Positions 11,404 to 22,146 are shown, counted from the stretch's first letter. The stretch is 64,000 nucleotides of DNA from Trypanosoma brucei (GCA_000002445.1 CP000070.1:1568001-1632000); one strand, 5' to 3'. The notes: a model not told the origin generated them from the letters alone. Numbers and translations are program-made.

Positions 11404-12200
11404 TGTGTGTAACGGTAAAGTTGTGTGAGCGGGAACACAAAAATATCTGTAATAATTGCTATTACTATTATTGAAGGGAATTTTAAAGGGATGAAAAATA
11501 GTTGGAAATGAAGTTCTTCTTTTTCGTGTCAAAGGGAGGGAAAAGGAAAAGCAAGCTTTACTTGATAGTAGCGTCAAGTTGTTGTTGTTTTTTTAAGTCT
11601 GTAAAGAACATAGCCCGTGGTGTCACATTTTCTCTTTTCCTGTTGAGACTGCGGACCGGTTGCGAGTCATAATTCACAGATGAAAAAAGGGGGAAAATAC
11701 TTCTCCCATTTTCATATATTTTTTTAATTCTCCTCATTTGTGTTCTTTTCTTTCCCTGCTATGCATGCATGCAAAAAAAAAAAAATGTGGCTGCTGCGCA
11801 TTCCAGTGGTGGCACCTTTTGATCCCTTCTCTTTTGACTCATAACTAAGCGTTTTTTGTATTTATTTTTCTTTCTTTTTATTCAAAGTAAAGCTGATATG
11901 CTCTGCATGTAGACGACTTTACTGTGGAACCATTTGTGGGTGTCGGTATGCGGAGAGGACCTCCATTTCAGGTAAATATGGTGTTGCGCTAAATCTTTGT
12001 TGTTGTTGTTGTTCTTGTTTATTTGAGCTCCATCCACCTCCATGTCTTTTTTTTTTTAATTTTCATTTTTCTTGCAAACATTTATTTATTTAATTATTTT
12101 ACTCAGCATGTATTTAAGCGATAGCGTAGCGGCAAGTGGAACTTATCCACCAATCACAATCACGCTCTCGTAAATTTCGTGTATTAGACAAACTACGCTG

Positions 12201-12827
12201 ATGAAACGATGGGATGAAAAGTTAACGTTGGCTTTGCGACGCGGCAGCGGAAGTGATGACGTCACACCCAACCCTGTTTCTGAGGCGCTTCGCAACCTGG
12301 AAGAAACGATGGAGAGCATTAAGAGGCGATTGTCCCAACTGGAAAAGTGTGTTGAGCGGCAGCGTGTGGCCATAAATGAGGTGCGCACAAACACTTCGCC
12401 GTTTGATGACCTGCTCACAAAAACAAATGGAGATATTCAGTCTATTCAACAGCAACTCGAGTATGTTGTTATTAGTTTGGAGCGAGAGCGGGGAATTGTA
12501 ACCGACCATACGGAGCAGCTACGATTATTTGTTCGGGAATCCACGCGTCGTGATGGAGGTCGATCTGGTCTGTCCGATAGCGATCCATCTTTTCTATTCC
12601 TACTTGCCACATGGCTCTATCGACCGGTCGTAGATTTTGCAAATGGATGTTATGTTCTCCTTTCGCCACTGATTGGAACCCTTCAATCCTTGTCACTTTT
12701 TAACCCCGACGTGCAGGTGCGCCAAACGGAAAGTGGTGTGTACCTCAACAACGCCCAACCCAGTGAAGATCTGCTGTCGCGACTCCAAAAGGGACAGTTG
12801 GATCCCGTTCTCACATCAAAGACTTGA
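12201..12827 (+). CDS. hypothetical protein (208 aa), predicted coiled-coil N-half and hydrophobic C-terminal segment
   Basis: ATG ORF. Heptad-like region (LEETMESIKRRLSQLEKCVERQRVAINEV…). Hydrophobic FLFLLATWLY. Confidence 0.4.
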   Translation: MKRWDEKLTLALRRGSGSDDVTPNPVSEALRNLEETMESIKRRLSQLEKCVERQRVAINEVRTNTSPFDDLLTKTNGDIQSIQQQLEYVVISLERERGIVTDHTEQLRLFVRESTRRDGGRSGLSDSDPSFLFLLATWLYRPVVDFANGCYVLLSPLIGTLQSLSLFNPDVQVRQTESGVYLNNAQPSEDLLSRLQKGQLDPVLTSKT

Positions 12828-13106
12828 ACGTTTCTTGTTGTTGTTTTTTACTGCCGAACATCTGAACGTTAATCGTGTTTTCACCCACTCAGTGCGGGCG
12901 TATTGACCCGGATTCTCTACGTTGCGTTGCCTGAAGTCGTCAGCATGAAAGTTGTTCATTCCCTAGAGTTACCTTACTGTTGCATTTGCTTCATCTACCT
13001 CCTTATTTCGTATTTCTTTCTCTTTTTTTTTCTCCTCTTTCTTTTTTTTTCGACGATTCAACCTCGGTTTTATTGTTGCTCGTTTGTTTGTTTTGACTTT
13101 TTTAAA

Positions 13107-13141
13107 AATATATATATATATATATATATATAGATATATAT
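13107..13141. repeat. (TA)n microsatellite
   Basis: Direct read. Abuts the start codon region of the next CDS. Confidence 0.85.
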
Positions 13142-13147
13142 AGTAAA

Positions 13148-14407
13148 ATGCAGCCTGTGCTGGTTGCCAACAGTGAAGATGCCCTGTCATGGATTTTAAT
13201 CGATAGCAGGGGCCATGGGTTGGCGAAGAGCCACCTTCCCATACGTGGCAACGTCACTGCAATTACCGAAGGATTTGAGGTCATTACTCTCCTGTTCTGG
13301 ACCATCTTTTTCTTCAGTTGTTTACTATGTTTGAGCGTACCTCTTTTTTACGGGACGCTTTCCGGGGTAATCCACCACTGTAACGTTGGCTTTCAGTTAC
13401 TTTCTGCTCTCACAACGAGTAATGAGCAACACTCAAATCAAAAAGGAGGTGTAAAGAAGGACAGGTTTAATATCACTACAGCTGGTAATGGCAATAACAG
13501 AAATGGCCATGTGCACCAACGGAGTAGTCGCGCTGCAACCACTCCGCATGATCACAATGTAAAACACCTTGCCGTTATTATGGACGGAAACCGAAGGTAC
13601 GGGCAGAGGCATTCTGTTGAAACCGTATGTGTGAAAGAGTTAGAAGATGTGTGTGAGTTTATCTTCAATGAAGATATGCCGTTGTTTGGTGTAGAACCAA
13701 TTTTCAAGCGACTGGCGTTTCTCCTCAAACGCACCAAGTTGGATGGGCATCGTGTGGGAGGTGAGAAATTGCTAGAGTTCGTGAAAGATTGCATTGATTT
13801 TAACATCAGTATGCTAACTGTGTATGCCTTCTCTACGGAGAACTGGTCTAGACCTGCGCTAGAGGTCAAGGTGCTCATGACGTTGTTTTACTGTTATTTT
13901 GAGCGCATGCGCCAAACGGCAAGAAAACAGGGGATTTTCATACGCTTCATATCACCTGCGTTTGAAATGATCCCTTCCCGTATTCGACGTATTATGGTGG
14001 ATATTGAAGAAGAAACACGACGGCATGTGCCGAGGCGTATTGTAGTTAACGTGTGTGTCAGCTACAGTGGGCGGGATGAGATCATCAACGCCTGCAACGG
14101 CCTCTTGCAGAAGAGGAGCGAATATTCCCCGATTTCAACCGGGGACTTGATGAGTCAAATGCTTCGTAGCGTAACGCAGGCTGATCACGAGGAGGAAGAT
14201 GCTTCTGTTCTGTTCGATGGCGGAGGTGCAGAGCCACAAATTCTACTACGAACTAGTGGAGAGCAGAGACTCAGCAACTTCCTATTGTTTGAATGTGCCT
14301 ACACAGAGTTCCTCTTCGTTGACAAAACCTGGCCCGAGATAAATAGAGAGGACCTTGTTAAACTCTTACAAGATCATGATAAGCGTGACAAACGCTACGG
14401 CAAATAA
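13148..14407 (+). CDS. cis-prenyltransferase / dehydrodolichyl diphosphate synthase (UPP synthase family) with ~140-aa N-terminal extension
   Basis: Catalytic signatures HLAVIMDGNRRYG, LTVYAFSTENWSRP, RTSGEQRLSNFLLFECAYTEFLFVDKTWPE are the conserved UPPS/DHDDS motifs. There is no in-frame ATG between 13148 and the catalytic core, so the extension (with hydrophobic segment ITLLFWTIFFFSCLLCL) appears genuine. Confidence 0.8.
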   Translation: MQPVLVANSEDALSWILIDSRGHGLAKSHLPIRGNVTAITEGFEVITLLFWTIFFFSCLLCLSVPLFYGTLSGVIHHCNVGFQLLSALTTSNEQHSNQKGGVKKDRFNITTAGNGNNRNGHVHQRSSRAATTPHDHNVKHLAVIMDGNRRYGQRHSVETVCVKELEDVCEFIFNEDMPLFGVEPIFKRLAFLLKRTKLDGHRVGGEKLLEFVKDCIDFNISMLTVYAFSTENWSRPALEVKVLMTLFYCYFERMRQTARKQGIFIRFISPAFEMIPSRIRRIMVDIEEETRRHVPRRIVVNVCVSYSGRDEIINACNGLLQKRSEYSPISTGDLMSQMLRSVTQADHEEEDASVLFDGGGAEPQILLRTSGEQRLSNFLLFECAYTEFLFVDKTWPEINREDLVKLLQDHDKRDKRYGK

Positions 14408-14416
14408 CGTTGCCCT

Positions 14417-14428
14417 CCCCCCCCCCCC
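14417..14428. repeat. poly(C)12 homopolymer
   Basis: Direct read, 10 nt after the stop of the prenyltransferase CDS. Confidence 0.9.
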
Positions 14429-14728
14429 ATCCGTTTAACATTGGATTACACTGTTAATATTTTTGTGACTTGTGTGGGTGACGTAAGTAGCGGTGATGCT
14501 CTCTTTTTCAATTTCGTCTGATCTCCAGCGCGTAAACTCGTCAGTTGACAAAGTGATAGCGGGAAGTTTTAGGTACGTGCAGTGCCAAACTCACGTGAGA
14601 TCCGGCACTGGCACGATCCGTACATTTCGCAGTTTATTCTTGCGTGTGTATGTGCGTGCGGGTATTTCCGATTTGCCAACCCTTGTTTTTTCCTCCCTCT
14701 TGACTCGCACATTTATTAAACCCATGCT

Positions 14729-16960
14729 ATGAGTATATATATATTTATATATTGTCCTGCATGCTTTGTCCTCTGTACAAATGTCCAAGCACTCTTTCCC
14801 CCCTCTACAACTTGTCGTTCCGCCTCATCCACATCTGCATACACTTATCGGCGTGCGGATAGCGGCAGAGGTTGTGTGCGTATCGTTAAATCATTAAGCA
14901 AAACAAAGACAACCAAGAAAAGAGACAAGGCTGTACCCGCTGTTTTCTCGTTAGATTCAATGAATGAGGATAAAAAAGCACCCTTGACCGTTGAAACGGG
15001 GGCTGATTCATCGGAGAAGAAGTCCATTTTTTCAGTTCCGAACGAGACACTCGTTGAGTTTGACGCGAAGAGTGATACTATTCGTGGGGAACTGGTTCAG
15101 GTGATAGCGGCCTGGCTCATTGAGCAAGGTCTGACATCATCTGCGCAGTTGTTATGTGATGAAGCCGCGGCACTCTTCCACCAGGAGCACAGCGAGCGGA
15201 AAACCCTTCGGGACGTCTCTCGGTCCGTGCAGGAAGGCAACTGGGAGGCTGCAAGTAGTAAATTGAAGAAACTTGAACCATTAATAGCACCGGAGGCTGA
15301 TGTGAGTCGTGACTCGTCATCTCAAACTGCATCACTCATTCGATCACTGCCTTTCTTGCTCGCTCAACAGCAATTCTTGGAGTATGTTGACGAAGACGAT
15401 GGGCAACGGGCGCATCATTTCTTTATGAGAAGAATTAAACCACTTGAGGGAACAATCAATAGGGAACATTTCCAGCAGCTAGTTTATTTGCTTACGTGCA
15501 GAAACGTTTCAGAGGCTGGAACGACCTTCCCAGTTTGGCGTGGTTGGACACCAATGAAGGGGCGCCTGCAGCTTCAATCCCTTATTGCGAACATCATTGG
15601 ACACTATAATACGAGTCCGTACTGCCACCAGTATAAGTACCATGTTGATGACGAACCAAACGCCACTGTCATAAACCTGGAACAAATATTAGCGAATTCT
15701 TTATCATATGAACTTTTAAAGTCGCAACATCCCAATCTATTGGCGGGTCTTCCTGTGCACCCCGTGTACTCCATTTGGAGACCCTTGGGTGAGCAGTTGC
15801 TTCCCACAAACCTCGTCATGACGCTGGATGTCAATACATTGTGCCACAGCGCCAAACTTCACACGGGGGAAAACGTACGGCTGACGGCTTGCCAGCCCTT
15901 CCTTCAGGTGCCCGCACTCGCTGTTGGGACGGATGCGGGGGAAATCTTGTGGGTGCCTCTGAAGAACAGAAAAGAAGACACAACACTGGAATCACATGGG
16001 GCGTGTACGTCCTTGTACCGTTACAAGGCTCCCGTGAGAGGAATGACGTACCATGAGCAACAATTGCTTCTCTCATGGAGTGGATGTCAAGCTGTAGTCC
16101 TTAACGTTGTTCAACTAAAGAAGTCAAGAGGCACTGTCCCGGAACAACAGGATTATTTGGCTGACTGTGTTGCGAACACATTTACTCATGCCGCAGAGGT
16201 GCGATCGGCTTGTTTGTTCCCATGCGGTTTTATTCTCGCAACGGGTTTGTCTGACGGAACCGTCACTGAATGGAATCTCATAACAGGGGCACAGATGTCT
16301 CAGCACGCATTTAGCGCCTCATCCATCGAGTCTTTAGCGGTGAATCGCTCAGGTAGTTGTTACTTCGCCGCCTCGCGAGAGGGTCTTGTCCGCGTTGTGG
16401 ATGCTTCCACGGGTGTGCTTCTCTTCACATTCGCGCTGTTGATAACCAGTGAAATATCTTCTATAGCTATTTCCCCTTCCTCCTCACTGCTGCTGGTGTG
16501 CTACAAAACTGGTACGCTTCGACTATGGGATGTGCTGACAGGCAATTCACTTGCTCAGCGACTGGAAGGCATGGAGAGCACAAAATGTCGATGCACCTGC
16601 GTCACGTTTGGTGCCAATGACTCGCATATTATAACGGGACACGACGACGGATGCCTTTATTTCTGGGACACGGGTCGTTCGCGGCTACGGCGGTGCCAAA
16701 CCGCCTCATCTCCGCTATCTTCTGCCTTTGGGAGTCGGGAGGGTGCTCACGGGGAGTCACCAGTGCTTTATTCGCCGAATAATCCAAGCATGCATAACTT
16801 CCCTCCGGGTGAAGCAGTGTCGCCGCAAACGTCTCTTCGACTTCATCGAGCGCAAATAACCGATGTGAAGTTTCAGCACAACTATGTGGTGACGTGTGGG
16901 GGTGACGGTAGGATATGCATATGTGCGAGCGTCATGAAGGACATGGAAAGGAGAGTGTGA
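14729..16960 (+). CDS. LisH/CTLH-domain WD40-repeat protein
   Basis: LisH-like helix TIRGELVQVIAAWLIEQGLTSSAQLLCDEA near the N-terminus. C-terminal WD-like repeats (…GTLRLWD, …GHDDGCLYFWD, …VVTCGGDGRICI). The first 77 codons are hydrophobic low-complexity. The true start is more likely the ATG at 14960 (MNEDKKAPLT…). Confidence 0.6.
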   Translation: MSIYIFIYCPACFVLCTNVQALFPPSTTCRSASSTSAYTYRRADSGRGCVRIVKSLSKTKTTKKRDKAVPAVFSLDSMNEDKKAPLTVETGADSSEKKSIFSVPNETLVEFDAKSDTIRGELVQVIAAWLIEQGLTSSAQLLCDEAAALFHQEHSERKTLRDVSRSVQEGNWEAASSKLKKLEPLIAPEADVSRDSSSQTASLIRSLPFLLAQQQFLEYVDEDDGQRAHHFFMRRIKPLEGTINREHFQQLVYLLTCRNVSEAGTTFPVWRGWTPMKGRLQLQSLIANIIGHYNTSPYCHQYKYHVDDEPNATVINLEQILANSLSYELLKSQHPNLLAGLPVHPVYSIWRPLGEQLLPTNLVMTLDVNTLCHSAKLHTGENVRLTACQPFLQVPALAVGTDAGEILWVPLKNRKEDTTLESHGACTSLYRYKAPVRGMTYHEQQLLLSWSGCQAVVLNVVQLKKSRGTVPEQQDYLADCVANTFTHAAEVRSACLFPCGFILATGLSDGTVTEWNLITGAQMSQHAFSASSIESLAVNRSGSCYFAASREGLVRVVDASTGVLLFTFALLITSEISSIAISPSSSLLLVCYKTGTLRLWDVLTGNSLAQRLEGMESTKCRCTCVTFGANDSHIITGHDDGCLYFWDTGRSRLRRCQTASSPLSSAFGSREGAHGESPVLYSPNNPSMHNFPPGEAVSPQTSLRLHRAQITDVKFQHNYVVTCGGDGRICICASVMKDMERRV

Positions 16961-17332
16961 TAGTTTATAATGTGGGATGGAGTATTGCTCGCATCAACGG
17001 AGGACATGGTTATTGGTAGAATGAAAAGGCAGAAAGTCTCCTATTTATACCCCCACTTTACTGTGTATGTTCTGGTGTTTGTCGTGCACGTCACCTTTCA
17101 CTGCTCCGAGCAAACGAATGTATGGTTTTCAGGATGGTTACATGTTTTGGTCTCCCACATCTTCTTTTTTCTCATTTTGCTCTTATTGCTTCATTGTAGC
17201 AAAGTGGGGGAGGCAAAGGGGTAAACACCTGCCTTCATACACCGCACAATTACAGATATTACGCTAGGGTAGGGAGAAGAAGGGAAAGCTGTGGTAAGTC
17301 AAAGGAGAGCAAGGGGGGACAGGGACAAAATT

Positions 17333-17683
17333 ATGAAGTATAACTTCAAGGATTCACATTCTCTGGTAAAGCGATTGAATGAATCCGCAAAGGTGCGCAA
17401 GAGTCACCCCAACCATTTTCCCGTCATATGTGAAAAGGTGTATAACTCCGATATTGGTGAGTTAGACAGGTGTAAATTTCTCGTCCCATCTGATCTAACG
17501 GTCGGACAGTTTGTCAGCGTGCTACGCAAACGTGTGCAGCTGGAAGCCGAATCTGCACTCTTCGTTTATACCAATGACACAGTACTCCCCTCCAGTGCGC
17601 AAATGGCGGACATTTACTCCAAATATAAGGATGAAGACGGTTTCCTATACATGAAATATTCAGGTGAGGCGGCATTTGGATAA
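17333..17683 (+). CDS. ATG8.1: autophagy-related ubiquitin-like protein ATG8, paralog ending in exposed C-terminal Gly
   Basis: The track ORF starts at a GTG (17291). The first ATG is at 17333 (MKYNFKDSHSLVKRL…), giving a 116-aa ATG8/GABARAP-fold protein. It ends …KYSGEAAFG-stop, i.e. the lipidation Gly is pre-exposed. Confidence 0.8.
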   Translation: MKYNFKDSHSLVKRLNESAKVRKSHPNHFPVICEKVYNSDIGELDRCKFLVPSDLTVGQFVSVLRKRVQLEAESALFVYTNDTVLPSSAQMADIYSKYKDEDGFLYMKYSGEAAFG

Positions 17684-18189
17684 TGGGGTATCGTCCGTGT
17701 GCGAGTAGTGATTGCGTTACTGTGCAAATATATGTCACACCCCACGGCGGTGGTGAGGGCACCTCGTTGGATTCTCTACCATGTTTAAGTGTTTATCGTG
17801 TTGTGGAAGGAAGGAAGGAAGAGGTGGAGGGGGGGAAATGCGGTGATTAGTGTGACGTAAGGAGGAGGTGAGGAGTTGAACTGCTCGACTCCCGAAATGA
17901 AGTTGTGCTTTTGTTTCCATTTTGTTTTTATACCATGCTTTTACCCTTTTTTTTTGTTTTTGCGTTGACAGCGGGAAAATGAACTGCGGAAAACACAAAC
18001 TATATGTGTGTGGTGTATCTTTCAGTGTTTATGTGAGAAGTGTCAACACACCCGCACCCTCTTCTTTGTCACCTATAGCGGAGAGAACAAAGGAGCGCGT
18101 AGAAAAAGAAAGTGAAACACTCTTTTTGATGTAGTTTCACACCCCACCCCCTAGCCTCCATGGAGCGTCCGTGAATAACGTATACGCAC

Positions 18190-18192
<3 letters not shown>

Positions 18193-18222
<30 letters not shown>
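18193..18222. repeat. (TA)n microsatellite
   Basis: Direct read between the two ATG8 genes. Confidence 0.85.
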
Positions 18223-18223
<1 letters not shown>

Positions 18224-18968
18224 GTGCACCTGCATAGTTTTTTTGGTGGTTTTTTTAGGAGTTGATTGCTTTGTAGTTATTTTGTTCCTCTCTCACACGT
18301 GCGCCCTGCAACCTCTTTGAGTGTTTCACTTACTTCAGTTTCTTGCCCTAGTGATGACCGTTGTAATCGGTCTCTTTTTTTTTGTCTTATTTTCCCCTTC
18401 GGTCTTACAGTTAGACTTCTCTTGTTGTAGTCTCCATCTTCACTATTTCTCGTTTGTGCTTCTTTTACTTACTTCATTCATTTCATGTGTCACTGGAGCC
18501 CCATTGTCTGTTCAGCACAACAAACGGATGAAATTTATTTCCCCTGCTGTCGTATGGACCATCTTGTGGGGTTGCTTTTTTGCTTGTTTAGTTCTTTGTT
18601 CATATATATTTATTTGTCAACAGAGTTGCCATATAATCAATTTTGTCGAATTTACTCTTGAACGAGCTTTGTATCCCTTTGCCTCTCTCTGCTGCACTTC
18701 ATTTTCAATTGTCATTGCATACCAACTAATATGAACGTTCTTTCATTCAACATTCGCTCGTTTGTTGTTGTTGTTGTTGTTTTCTTTTTTGCCTCACTTC
18801 GCTTCGCTTGTGCCGGCTGGTGTGATAACACACACTGCAATAATACCAATTAGGACCAGCGCTAGAAAACAAATTTTATTAGTAAACAGTAAGTAACCCG
18901 CTACAGCCTGAATTGATATTCACCACTGGTACATATAAAAAGAAAGCACAGAAGAATTAGTGTACATA

Positions 18969-19331
18969 ATGAGTAAAAAAGATAGCAAGTACAAAATGAG
19001 CCACACCTTTGAGAGCCGACAGTCGGATGCCGCAAAGGTGCGTGAAAGGCATCCGGATCGTTTGCCCATCATATGTGAAAAGGTGTATAACTCCGATATT
19101 GGTGAGTTAGACAGGTGTAAATTTCTCGTCCCATCTGATCTAACGGTCGGACAGTTTGTCAGCGTGCTACGCAAACGTGTGCAGCTGGAAGCCGAATCTG
19201 CACTCTTCGTTTATACCAATGACACAGTACTCCCCTCCAGTGCGCAAATGGCGGACATTTACTCCAAATATAAGGATGAAGACGGTTTCCTATACATGAA
19301 ATATTCAGGTGAGGCGACATTTGGATGCTAA
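18969..19331 (+). CDS. ATG8.2: autophagy-related ubiquitin-like protein ATG8, paralog ending Gly-Cys
   Basis: The track start 18960 is a GTG. The first ATG is at 18969 (MSKKDSKYKMSHTFE…). The core PxICEKVYNSDIGELDRCKFLVPSDLTVGQFVSVLRKRVQLEAESALFVYTNDTVLPSSAQMADIYSKYKDEDGFLYMKYSGEA is identical to the upstream paralog. It ends …TFGC-stop, one residue after the Gly. Confidence 0.8.
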   Translation: MSKKDSKYKMSHTFESRQSDAAKVRERHPDRLPIICEKVYNSDIGELDRCKFLVPSDLTVGQFVSVLRKRVQLEAESALFVYTNDTVLPSSAQMADIYSKYKDEDGFLYMKYSGEATFGC

Positions 19332-20515
19332 TTTCCTTCAGTGTTAGTAAACCATTAGTTGCTTTGATGCGCAATAAAACATTTGAGTGCCTCTCCTTAT
19401 ATTCTGTTGCCTGCGCCTCATCTATTCGTTGTTGGGTGGAAAGGGAGTTCTGTGTTTCCGTGCATGTGATGCGAAAAGCACGGTAGGGGGGGGAAATGCA
19501 TCGCGTGCTTCCTTCGTTGTTTGCTTTATAGTGGAATTATCTTTTTTTTTTGCCGACGTTTTCGTTGTCACTGCTCCTTTGTGTGCCGGCACGAATGTTC
19601 CCACAACTTCTCTACATGTTGTTCTGCAGGTAATTGAGGAGGCAAGGTGCTGCACTGAGAGTTGAGTGCAAGTGACTTGTTATGAGATGTCAACAATTCC
19701 GTGATTGGAAAAGTTGGGGAAGTGAAGAGAGGAAAGGGATGAATGGTGACTGAGTCTTCTATTTCCTCATCGTATTTTCACCGGCTCAACTTTGAATACG
19801 ATGGATGACGTCCCTTCCAAATTTTATACGCGAAGGATAAGTCAGCCGAAGGCATCTCCTTTTTAGCGAAGTACGAGGTGAGCTATTACCTTAAGTGTGC
19901 AACCCACTGACCCCTCATCAAGTGATCAAACAGATAAACACATTTATTTGCGCGTGCATGTGTTTGATTGTATTTCCACCCTTAGTTTTTTATTTACTTA
20001 ATTTCTTTTTTGTGTGGTGACAGTGAGGGAGACAGTTGTCCCTTGGAGGCTGACGGTCAACCACCTGCGGCGTTATTGGTCAGCTGTTTAACTGCCACAG
20101 TCGATTTCGGAAAAGGCAATTCAACACGTGCGTGTGGAGGATATGGAAGTTACGTTAAATAAAAACAAAAAAGGCAGAGCGGAGGAAAGGTAAATTAGAT
20201 GCGGAAAGGGAATGTACATATGTTTTGTCCTCATCTCTTCCTGCCTGATTTGTTCACTCACACTTGATTCCTCTGCCCAGCACGTCCCTGTTTGCTGTCG
20301 TTTGGTCGCGTTCGGGTGCACACTGTGGTTTTGGTGCTGCTAACAACACAAAGCGCTTTACTCTCCAAATTGAGCAGGACTAAAGCAAACAAAAAGGGAG
20401 GAAGAAGAAGACCCTTTTAAGTGCATTTGGGTATAGATATACAAAAAAAACTTCCACTTCCTTCCACACTGCGAGCTCCATCACAACCACTGCCGGTTAG
20501 TACGCGTATATACTG

Positions 20516-21640
20516 ATGCACGGTGACGGTTTGGGGCGTCTGCACCCCGGTAAGGTGTTCCTTACCATTGACGAGATTAAAAATGGCATATCTTCCTATC
20601 AGATCTTCGATGTCCGCTACGACCTCCGCAATAAAGAGTACGGTATCAACCAATACAACAAAGGGCATGTCGCGCGCGCCACATTTGTCGACTTGGATCG
20701 ACACCTTAGCGGTCCCGTCGTGGAATGCAGCAAAGCACGGCACCCCATGCCAGACCCGCACGAGTTTGTCGAGTGGTGCAAATCCAAGGGAATTGGCCAC
20801 TTCAAGCCCGTCCTTTGCTACGATGACGAATGTGGGGCGATGGGGGCGTGTCGGATGTGGTGGATGCTCAACGCCCTTGGTGTCGAGGCTTACGTAATGA
20901 CATGTGGATTCAAAGCATATGAAGCAGCAGGTCTGCCCGTCGAGTCCACACCGTATGACAAGAACCAATCGACAAGCTATTGGCCTTACGCAACAGAGTT
21001 TAAGAGGCTGTTGAAAATCAAAGACATTCCTCCCTGCGCACATATGGTCGACACACGACCCGCGCTGCGCTTCAACACGACCGTGCGACCATACGGACCC
21101 GACGATATCCCTGGTCATATCGAAGGCGCGGTCAACCTTCCGTACGATGTGAACATATTGTTAGTAAATCGGCACGAAAAACGTTTGAGACCCAATGACG
21201 AATGTCGTAGTAACACTCTTAAGCTTCTTCAAGGAATGTGGGGTGGCGGTGAGCCTAATATTTCCCACTGCGTATTTTACTGCGGTAGTGGGGTGACCGC
21301 TGCATTCAGCATTGCAGTTGCATATCACGTCGGACTCGGCGAGCCCTATCTATATGCCGGTTCGTGGTCCGAATATGCAGACACATTTAACTTTACACTG
21401 GCGCGCCGTATCATTAAAGAGCACGGCTTGCTCATAAGCATGGTCTCATCAAGTTTGCCGTATAACATGAAAGCTACTCTTAACAACGTTACCCTTGTTG
21501 TTGATGGTGTGGTTGTAAACAATCCTGATGAGGAACTGAAACAGGCGCTAGTGCACCTCCACATTGGTGAAAAAGCACATGTAACGTTCAAAAGTCAGCG
21601 ACAGGCTGTCATAGAGGCTCATCCTCGCATAGACACGTAA
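20516..21640 (+). CDS. MST: 3-mercaptopyruvate sulfurtransferase (tandem rhodanese domains) with ~80-aa C-terminal extension
   Basis: Active-site loop FYCGSGVTAAFS is the CG[ST]GVT motif that diagnoses MST rather than thiosulfate sulfurtransferase (CRKG…). Two rhodanese-like halves. An extra C-terminal domain as reported for trypanosomatid MSTs. Confidence 0.75.
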   Translation: MHGDGLGRLHPGKVFLTIDEIKNGISSYQIFDVRYDLRNKEYGINQYNKGHVARATFVDLDRHLSGPVVECSKARHPMPDPHEFVEWCKSKGIGHFKPVLCYDDECGAMGACRMWWMLNALGVEAYVMTCGFKAYEAAGLPVESTPYDKNQSTSYWPYATEFKRLLKIKDIPPCAHMVDTRPALRFNTTVRPYGPDDIPGHIEGAVNLPYDVNILLVNRHEKRLRPNDECRSNTLKLLQGMWGGGEPNISHCVFYCGSGVTAAFSIAVAYHVGLGEPYLYAGSWSEYADTFNFTLARRIIKEHGLLISMVSSSLPYNMKATLNNVTLVVDGVVVNNPDEELKQALVHLHIGEKAHVTFKSQRQAVIEAHPRIDT

Positions 21641-22146
21641 AAACATGGACAGTCAACATCTCCATATGAAGAAAGTTGGGCATCCGCAGATAGTAAGGCT
21701 GAGTCACTTTGTTTTTATATTTGAAAACGGCAACAAAAAATGTGCAAACGGGGCTGCAAAGTAGTAACTACTCACAGGAAGATAGCAGCAACTCTTACAC
21801 ACCAAACAATTCAACGGGCAACCATTTACAAATCCTATAGCACTACTAGAAAAAAACTCTCGGAGTCAATAAATTTTGCCGTCCCCTCACAAAACGCCGC
21901 AAGTAATAAAGGAAAATAACTTTTTTTTTTGGAAATTGTCAACCACACAAGCAACGACGGAATGATAAACAGACATTTAAGGAAGAGTTCTAAAAATTAT
22001 TGTTATTTTTCAACAATAAACACGACCAAAAAAACTTAATGCTCTCATTTCTCCCTTTTTTGACTTATTGAACCTTTGAACAATACCACAGACTAACAGC
22101 AATAAACAAGCACGCAGTCACGTAAAGGAACCTAACATTTTAGGGA

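Noticed and set aside
17514-17762. 82/71-aa minus-strand ORFs (also 19159-19374) overlapping the ATG8 genes
   Set aside because: Antisense shadows of the duplicated ATG8 core.
18321-18734. 137-aa ORF between the ATG8 paralogs
   Set aside because: Highly hydrophobic, low-complexity translation of T-rich spacer. No support.
20417-21118. 233-aa minus-strand ORF
   Set aside because: Entirely antisense to the well-supported MST CDS.
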